This document shows, piece after piece, positions 57,734 through 64,000 of a stretch of DNA of 64,000 bases. The DNA is from Firmicutes bacterium CAG:321_26_22 (GTDB lineage: Bacteria > Bacillota_I > Bacilli_A > RF39 > UBA660): the NCBI GenBank assembly GCA_001916775.1, contig MNTB01000034.1:3478-67477 (forward strand), given 5' to 3'. The translations under genes were made by a program, and so were the position numbers. The first letter of the stretch is position 1. Each line of letters opens with the position of its first letter. The notes under the pieces were generated by a model. It searched no databases and was not told the origin of the DNA. It saw nothing but the letters and a program-made list of their open reading frames with translations.

Positions 57734-58990
57734 TTATTTTATTTTTCTTGCTTCTAAATAGAATCTCTTATCATAACTATGCCCCATAGAGAATGTTTTT
57801 CTTGGTAAGGCACCATCTAATATTACAGTTCTAAATAACTCTTCTTTAGGCATTGCTTCAAATAGAATGGCTACATTATTTTCTTCTTTGCCCATACCTC
57901 TAGTTGTTTCATCGCCATGAATATAATCTAGTTTTCCTTCATGATCTTTTAGGTATTCATCTAAGAACATTTGAATAGAACCTACTGCTATATTAGATTT
58001 GGGATTACTAATATATAATTTTTTATCAAAATCTTTTGTTACCAATTCAAAGTATTCCCCTTTTCCTTCTTCATTGATATCATAATATTTATTTAATTCT
58101 TCAATTAAGTTATTTACATCTGTATTAAATATTACTCTATGTATTGGTTCAAATTCTAAAGCTTCACTATGTAAGTTTACTATTTCTACTAGGGCATATC
58201 TAGCTGGATTATTTAAATATTCTTCTTTGCTCATAGTTTTCTTTAAGTTTTCATAATTTGCTTTAGCGGTTGCTAATGAATGATTTCCATCTCCCATTGC
58301 AAATAGTAGTATTCCTTTATCTTTAACATTATATTTCTTTTCAAAGTAATCTTTATCCATAAGGCCTTCTAATCCTTTTTCAATATCTTTAATTACTTCA
58401 TCAGATAAGTTATAACCTTTAATGTGACCTCCATTTTCCATTAGGTCAAAGTCGTAAACGATATCTTTAGCTGTTACTTTGTTTTTTAAACTTTCGATAA
58501 TATTTTTCTTTTCATCATCTATTAAAATCATTATATGTGGTAATTCTAAGGGAGCATTTTCTCTTACTTTTAGTCTTGGTGGTATTCTTTCAATTACGGT
58601 TTTTTCAGTTGCTCTTATTAGTGTTTGAGAACCTTTTTCATAAGAATAGTCTTCTAAGTCAACCATTCCCATTAATCCTTCTCTTACTTTACCATCACTT
58701 TGTTTTCTTTCTAGATAAATCATAGTATTTGGATATTCTTGGAAAACATTTTCTTTTAAATAGTCTTCCATTGTTAAATTTATCTTTTTGATTCTTTCTT
58801 CAACATTTTCTTCTTCTAAATATAATTCTGGTAAGATTAGATTTAGAGTTGATGGTGAAGAACCTACTATACTCTCTACTTCTTTCCAATATTCTGGTTC
58901 ACTTGTATATTGGTCACAAGCTACTACTGACCATTTGGTCATGTCTACATCTTTTGGTAATAAGATGTTTGCTCTTTTAAATGGTAACAT
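57734..58990 (-). CDS. conserved hypothetical protein (DUF1015-like)
   Basis: 418 aa. The N-terminal pattern M.PFK....LP...V......VVACDQY resembles the DUF1015 N-terminus. Weak, from memory. Confidence 0.4.
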   Translation of the reverse strand: MLPFKRANILLPKDVDMTKWSVVACDQYTSEPEYWKEVESIVGSSPSTLNLILPELYLEEENVEERIKKINLTMEDYLKENVFQEYPNTMIYLERKQSDGKVREGLMGMVDLEDYSYEKGSQTLIRATEKTVIERIPPRLKVRENAPLELPHIMILIDDEKKNIIESLKNKVTAKDIVYDFDLMENGGHIKGYNLSDEVIKDIEKGLEGLMDKDYFEKKYNVKDKGILLFAMGDGNHSLATAKANYENLKKTMSKEEYLNNPARYALVEIVNLHSEALEFEPIHRVIFNTDVNNLIEELNKYYDINEEGKGEYFELVTKDFDKKLYISNPKSNIAVGSIQMFLDEYLKDHEGKLDYIHGDETTRGMGKEENNVAILFEAMPKEELFRTVILDGALPRKTFSMGHSYDKRFYLEARKIK

Positions 58991-59049
58991 TTCTGCACTC
59001 TCCTTTTCTTTAATTATATATTAGCAGATATTTTGTTTATTGTAAATAT

Positions 59050-60507
59050 TTATTTGTTATTTAAGATGTCTTTTATTATTTCTCTTTCATCTAAATGTTC
59101 TCTTACACCTTTTATTTCACGATATGTCTCATGACCTTTTCCTAACAAAAGAATTATGTCTCCTTCTTTTGCATTATCAATAGCATATTTTATAGCATCC
59201 TTACGACTTGGTATTTTTATGTATTTTCCGGATGTTTTCTTTAAGCCTATTTCGATATCATTCATGATATCATTTATATCTTCATATCTAGAATTATCTT
59301 CAGTTACTATGGTAAAGTCTGCTAGTCTTCCGGATATTTCACCCATGTCATAGCGACGTTCTTTACTTCTATTTCCACCACAGCCAAATAAACTTACGAT
59401 TCTTTTTGGATTATATGCTCTCATAGTCTCTAGTATACTTTGCATTGATACTCCATTGTGAGCATAATCTATTATAACACTATATTTACTAGATACTGGT
59501 ACTATTTCTACTCTTCCTTTTACCGCTACTTTTGATAGGGCTTTTTTAATATTTTCTACTTTGCATCCTATTAGATATGTTGTTAAAATAGCACTAGAAG
59601 CATTATAGGCTGAGAATTCTCCTGGTGTATTTACTAGAAAAGTATCTTCTATGATTCCTTTAGTATTCAGTTCTAGTCCTATAAAATGTTCTTTTCTTAA
59701 TAATTTTATATTATCTATTAAAAGATTAGCTTCTTTATTTTTACCAAAGGTATGTATATCACAAGTACTATTTTTTATCATATCTTCATAGTGGATATCA
59801 TCAATGTTTAGTATACCATGTTTGCATTTTTGGAATAATAGGCTTTTACTATAAATATAGTCTTCCATATTCTCATGTTCTCCTTCACCGATATGGTCTT
59901 TGGTTAAGTTAGTAAATACTCCGTAATCAAAGGAAAGGCCCTCTACTCTTCCTACTTTTAAAGCTTGAGATGATACTTCCATAATGGCATATTCTACTTT
60001 ATCATCTACCATTTCTTTTAGATATTTTTGTATATCATAGCTTTCAGGAGTTGTATTTACAGTATCGTAATGAGTGTTTCCGATAAATACTCCCATTGTA
60101 CCTATAACTCCAGTCTTGTGACCATCTTCTTCAAGAATATTCTTAATCATCCATGATGTTGTTGTTTTACCTTTGGTTCCTGTTATTCCTATCATAGTTA
60201 ATTTACTAGCAGGATTATCAAAATAATTTATGGCTAATAATGATAAATTCTTTCTAGTATTTGGTAATTTTACTACAGTTACATCTTCAGGTACTTCAAC
60301 ATCTTTTTCGATAATGATTGTTGTTGCTCCTTTTTCAATAGCGGACTCAATATAATCATGACCATCTACTTGAGTTCCTGATAAGCATATAAAAGCTGAA
60401 CCATTAGTTACTTTTCTGGAATCATAGTATAATCCTGATACTTCGGTATCTAGACTTCCTTTTATTAATTTATAATCAATGTTATTTAATATTTTTTCTA
60501 ATTTCAT
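59050..60507 (-). CDS. murE: UDP-N-acetylmuramoyl-L-alanyl-D-glutamate--2,6-diaminopimelate ligase
   Basis: Mur ligase P-loop ITGTKGKTTT and the MurE-specific DYAHN region. Confidence 0.88.
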   Translation of the reverse strand: MKLEKILNNIDYKLIKGSLDTEVSGLYYDSRKVTNGSAFICLSGTQVDGHDYIESAIEKGATTIIIEKDVEVPEDVTVVKLPNTRKNLSLLAINYFDNPASKLTMIGITGTKGKTTTSWMIKNILEEDGHKTGVIGTMGVFIGNTHYDTVNTTPESYDIQKYLKEMVDDKVEYAIMEVSSQALKVGRVEGLSFDYGVFTNLTKDHIGEGEHENMEDYIYSKSLLFQKCKHGILNIDDIHYEDMIKNSTCDIHTFGKNKEANLLIDNIKLLRKEHFIGLELNTKGIIEDTFLVNTPGEFSAYNASSAILTTYLIGCKVENIKKALSKVAVKGRVEIVPVSSKYSVIIDYAHNGVSMQSILETMRAYNPKRIVSLFGCGGNRSKERRYDMGEISGRLADFTIVTEDNSRYEDINDIMNDIEIGLKKTSGKYIKIPSRKDAIKYAIDNAKEGDIILLLGKGHETYREIKGVREHLDEREIIKDILNNK

Positions 60508-60624
60508 TGTTTCACCTCTCTAATTTATTATATTACTTTTTGGATATTTTTTAAAGTTTTTTATTCCACAGTTTGAAAAGAAATCCACAAAAAAAGAAAG
60601 ATTTCACTTTCTTTAATATTTATT

Positions 60625-61698
60625 TTATTGTTTAACTGTGCTAATCTTTAAGTCAAAGTTAATATTTCCACCTGATGCATTATTTTCACAGTCAACGTCT
60701 TGTCCTTCAACCCACATATAGATTCTTACTTTAGTAATACCTTTAGTTAATGTAAATAATTCTGTATTAGTAGTAAAATCAGCTACTGTAGATTTGGTAG
60801 GAGTTACTGTTGTAAATTTATCTTCATGTTTTGCTTGAGTAGCATCTCCTAATAGGATATCATCTGTTTTTAGAATTGTAGCTTTAATACCAGAGTAAGG
60901 TACTAATTCACCATTTGCTTCAGTAGTAGTAATGCCATATACGTCTTTAGCATTAGCAATACCAGCAGGTGTATGAACATCAAAGTTTGGTTCCCATACT
61001 GTAACAGTTGATGCAGCACCAGCATTTAATTTTTGTATGTCTGCTAATGCAGAACCATCAGTAATATTTCCTAAAGTAACAAAGGCAATTCTAGATGCAT
61101 TCTTAATACCACTATCATTAGCATCTGCACTAGTTACACCAGAATTTGCTTGTAAGTAAATAGGTGTATCTTCGTTAACTTTGAAGAATAAATCAAAAGC
61201 AATAAATTTAGCAGTATCAGCTTCTCCTTCAGTTCTAACATTATCATCCATTTCAGTAGTCTTAGTAGCAGTTAGGATATATTCACCATTATTAGTTACT
61301 GTATCTGATGTTTCAACTACTCCATAGTACATAGGTAGGTAGCCATTTTCATCTGGTACTGCTACTGTTGAAACTGGTTCTAATGCGCCTGGAATTTGGT
61401 TAACAGCGGTTTTATAGTTACCATTACGAGCACCGTTTAAGTCAGCTTTTTGAACTATTGATTTCCATTTTGTTCCGTCAGCAGATATTTGGATACCATT
61501 TTTAGCTTCGATATTTACTTTTAATGTTTCTACTGAAACGTTCTTGTTAGATGTAAACCATGCGTAGGTTGATGTAGCAAGCATTGTTCCAGTTCCTAGC
61601 ATTAGAAGTAATAATATCAACAATCTGTATTTTCTTCTCTTTTGTCTTTCTTTTCTTAATTTTTCTTTTTCTTCTTTAGTAAGAACTTTTTCTTCCAT
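60625..61698 (-). CDS. TasA/camelysin-like secreted protein with SipW-cognate signal peptide
   Basis: Basic N-terminus, TM, then GTMLATSTYAWFTSNKNV (SipW-cognate motif). 357 aa. Downstream in the sipW gene cluster. Confidence 0.6.
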   Translation of the reverse strand: MEEKVLTKEEKEKLRKERQKRRKYRLLILLLLMLGTGTMLATSTYAWFTSNKNVSVETLKVNIEAKNGIQISADGTKWKSIVQKADLNGARNGNYKTAVNQIPGALEPVSTVAVPDENGYLPMYYGVVETSDTVTNNGEYILTATKTTEMDDNVRTEGEADTAKFIAFDLFFKVNEDTPIYLQANSGVTSADANDSGIKNASRIAFVTLGNITDGSALADIQKLNAGAASTVTVWEPNFDVHTPAGIANAKDVYGITTTEANGELVPYSGIKATILKTDDILLGDATQAKHEDKFTTVTPTKSTVADFTTNTELFTLTKGITKVRIYMWVEGQDVDCENNASGGNINFDLKISTVKQ

Positions 61699-61831
61699 TT
61701 TATCACTCCTTTTTATTAAGAATCTGAGAGTACTTCTCTCCTACTATTACTATTTCAGTATATCATACTTCCTTTTTATTTGCAATAGATATTTCGACAT
61801 TTTTTGCATAACTTTTTTGAAGCCTTATTTA

Positions 61832-62428
61832 CTAAGCATTTTTATCTATTATTTGTTTTGATTCTATACATATTGTTACTCCTTCAATGATATCTTGATA
61901 TTCAAAACTATCATATTCTTTAGGAAAAGTAACTACTAAATGATAGATATTTTCTTCATCTTTATCAAAACCAAAGGTTTGCTTAGCGGTTTCTAAAGTT
62001 CTAAAATAGGCTCCATCTTCCCCTGTCTTTTCAATTGTATCTTTAGTTATGATATTAGTACTTGCATTATAGTTATAATTTTCATTCATATATAATTTAT
62101 ATGATAGTGGTAAATTAGTTGTAGTAACTATTTTTAAAGTATACTCTAATTTGGTTTCTAATCTATTTTTACCATCATTATTAGCTACTTTGAAATTATA
62201 TACATATGGTGTATCTGATGGTACTAATTCATCTAATTTTACTTCTTTTTCATAGTAGTCAGTATTTAATATATATAAAGCTGTTTCTATTTTAGAATCT
62301 GAGTCTGTTTTAGAAAATAGTTTAGAGTAGGCTATTGGTATTAATGTTAATACTACGGCGAGTAATATTATAGCTATTGTTAATTTATTAGATTTTAATA
62401 ATTTTCTTCTATCAAACATATACTTCAC
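61832..62428 (-). CDS. hypothetical signal-anchored protein in the sipW cluster (TapA-position)
   Basis: N-terminal TM LTIAIILLAVVLTLIPIAYSKLFS (weak AY.F-like motif). Sits between sipW and the TasA-like gene. Confidence 0.4.
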   Translation of the reverse strand: MKYMFDRRKLLKSNKLTIAIILLAVVLTLIPIAYSKLFSKTDSDSKIETALYILNTDYYEKEVKLDELVPSDTPYVYNFKVANNDGKNRLETKLEYTLKIVTTTNLPLSYKLYMNENYNYNASTNIITKDTIEKTGEDGAYFRTLETAKQTFGFDKDEENIYHLVVTFPKEYDSFEYQDIIEGVTICIESKQIIDKNA

Positions 62429-62989
62429 CTACTTTTTATATATACAATCTGGATCTTCAAACTTATCATCTAAAGATACTACTTTTTTTCTTTTATCTTT
62501 AGGTATATAAGATATACTTAGACTTATTAATATTAATGTTACTACTATTGACACTATTACTTTAGGAGTAGTAAATACTTCTCTTAATACTCCACCTTTT
62601 GGTATTCTAAGTATTACTTTACCTATTACTTTAGATTTATCTATTCTAACATCATCACTATTATTAGAATCTCCTTTAGTAGTAAGAGTATTACCTTCTA
62701 TCTTTATTACTCTATGGGTAATAAAATCTTTACCATCTATATAAGTTATTATATCATTCTTACTAATATTAGAGGTTTTCTTTACTACTATTAAATCTTT
62801 AACATTTAGTGTTGGTTCCATACTTCCACTTACTATTTCAAAGATACTAACTCCTAATACATTTGAATATTCTTTATTTAATACTTTTAGTGATATAAAA
62901 TTATATAATGAAAAAAAAATTAAAACGGTGATTATAAATACTAAGATATCAATAAATACTTGAAATATTTTATTTATATACTTTAACAT
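62429..62989 (-). CDS. sipW: signal peptidase I, SipW (archaeal/ER-type)
   Basis: SGSMEPTL catalytic Ser motif and the conserved His region (ITHRVIKIEGN), with N- and C-terminal TM segments; 186 aa. Confidence 0.85.
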   Translation of the reverse strand: MLKYINKIFQVFIDILVFIITVLIFFSLYNFISLKVLNKEYSNVLGVSIFEIVSGSMEPTLNVKDLIVVKKTSNISKNDIITYIDGKDFITHRVIKIEGNTLTTKGDSNNSDDVRIDKSKVIGKVILRIPKGGVLREVFTTPKVIVSIVVTLILISLSISYIPKDKRKKVVSLDDKFEDPDCIYKK

Positions 62990-63005
62990 TTATATCACCG
63001 CTTTA

Positions 63006-63608
63006 TTATTCATTTTGATATTCTACTACTGGTTCTCCTAGATACTGAATAACAGAAACAGATACTGGTATACTAATAAAATTATCTTTAGTTAAGCCTA
63101 TTTTACTATCTTCTTCATTATTTTCTTCAACATTATTCCATTTTATATATACTCTTATTGTATTTGTTACTTTATTCTTTATTTCTTCTAGAGTTATTAC
63201 TTTACTATAAGTATTTTCTCCTGTTCTAATTAAATTACCACTAGTGGTTTCTTCTATTCTATCTATAGCAAAACTACCATTTACTTTGGTAAAATCAAAG
63301 GTAACACTATATAATATTGATGTATCAGTATCAGTAGGATCTATTAATATATCAAAATATCCTTCTGTACCTGGTGCCATCTTACCATTTTTTACACTAT
63401 CAGAACCTACTATATTAACAGAATTTACTACAAAGTTTTCTCCACTTTTTATATCTGTTCCATTAATTAATACATTCCATTTTGCTATATTTGTATTTGT
63501 ATTCATTATATTTTTACTTTCAAATAGTCCATATGTATCTCTTATTATATATATTGTTATAAATACTAAGATTAATGATACTACTACTAAAATATTTTTA
63601 TTCTTCAT
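63006..63608 (-). CDS. TasA/camelysin-like small secreted protein (SipW-cognate-type signal)
   Basis: N-terminal TM then RDTYGLFESKN (degenerate AYF-type motif). 200 aa. Immediately upstream of sipW. Confidence 0.5.
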   Translation of the reverse strand: MKNKNILVVVSLILVFITIYIIRDTYGLFESKNIMNTNTNIAKWNVLINGTDIKSGENFVVNSVNIVGSDSVKNGKMAPGTEGYFDILIDPTDTDTSILYSVTFDFTKVNGSFAIDRIEETTSGNLIRTGENTYSKVITLEEIKNKVTNTIRVYIKWNNVEENNEEDSKIGLTKDNFISIPVSVSVIQYLGEPVVEYQNE

Positions 63609-64000
63609 CTTTCTCTTCTTTGATTTCTTTTATTTCTTCTTTTTGTTCTACTACTTCTTTTTTATCTTTTTTAGATTTCTTTTTTGGTTCTTCATCTTCA
63701 TCATCATATTTTGATTCTTTTAATTCTTTTATTACAACATATATTTCATAAATAAATAATATTAATATTGGGAATATTATCATAAATAAGAAACCAAATC
63801 TTGATTCTAATATTCCTAGTATAGTGCCTAACTTACTATATGTTTTACTTGTTCTAGCGGTACCTATTACATATTCACTAGATACTGCATGATCACCATC
63901 TACAACAAATGTTGATTCTTCTTTGGTTATTGTTTCTTTTTCTAATACTGTTCCTAAGTTAACTGATACTGTTTGTTTATAATTGTCATAGAAGAATATT
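63598..64000 (-). CDS. partial ORF (C-terminal part): membrane-anchored protein with K/E-rich tail; N-terminus beyond window end
   Basis: Reading frame open from the window end. C-terminal TM FGFLFMIIFPILILFIYEIYVV followed by an acidic/basic tail. Confidence 0.35.
   Translation of the reverse strand, partial: IFFYDNYKQTVSVNLGTVLEKETITKEESTFVVDGDHAVSSEYVIGTARTSKTYSKLGTILGILESRFGFLFMIIFPILILFIYEIYVVIKELKESKYDDEDEEPKKKSKKDKKEVVEQKEEIKEIKEEKDEE

Noticed and set aside
1901-63714. Many plus-strand ORFs in the six-frame track that lie entirely inside minus-strand genes (e.g. 1901..2095, 3646..3855, 4924..5130, 14444..14794, 21828..22325, 27980..28276, 29669..29935, 30323..30580, 55376..55816, 63244..63714)
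   Set aside because: They are antisense to well-supported genes. They are low-complexity (S/L/I/F-rich) as expected from reverse-reading AT-rich coding sequence, lack RBS context, and have no motifs. They are treated as spurious.
1-64000. Looked for CRISPR arrays, rRNA genes and additional tRNAs
   Set aside because: No regularly spaced direct repeats with unique spacers and no rRNA-like conserved stretches. Only one convincing tRNA cloverleaf (52682-52758) was found.

Overview
This is an AT-rich (about 25-30% GC) Firmicutes/Clostridia-like chromosomal segment. Almost every gene lies on the minus strand. The backbone is housekeeping: eno (partial), rpsP, tkt, cysS, trpS, rpmF, ftsK, ezrA, obg, rseP, cdsA, a type IIA topoisomerase B subunit, tsf, rpsB, murE, and tRNA-Arg(CCT) on the plus strand. 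Accessory content is interspersed: an IS481/IS1202-like insertion sequence with a 27-bp flanking direct repeat, an IS200/IS605 tnpA-tnpB element, a hicAB toxin-antitoxin pair, a truncated Rnf module (rnfC plus an rnfD-rnfG fusion), two loci of SipW-cognate (TasA/camelysin-like) secreted proteins (one of them with sipW), a class B sortase with an [V]PSTG-anchored CnaB-repeat surface protein, a stomatin/NfeD pair, and tandem M23 peptidase paralogs. Three observations stand out. First, a candidate type I toxin-antitoxin locus sits between ezrA and obg: a 25-aa hydrophobic peptide on the minus strand with a convergent, overlapping ~100-nt sRNA on the plus strand, each with its own promoter and terminator. 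Second, cysS and trpS are preceded not by recognisable T-boxes but by promoter / leader-peptide / terminator attenuator-like leaders, and the leader peptides carry Cys (MCC...C) and Trp (2 W) codons respectively. Third, a family of dispersed intergenic palindromic repeat elements occurs in at least 9-10 intergenic regions, and the same hairpin modules are reused inside the aaRS leaders. Two small GC-rich structured-RNA candidates are also noted. All product calls come from recognisable motifs in the translated ORFs; no database search was possible.
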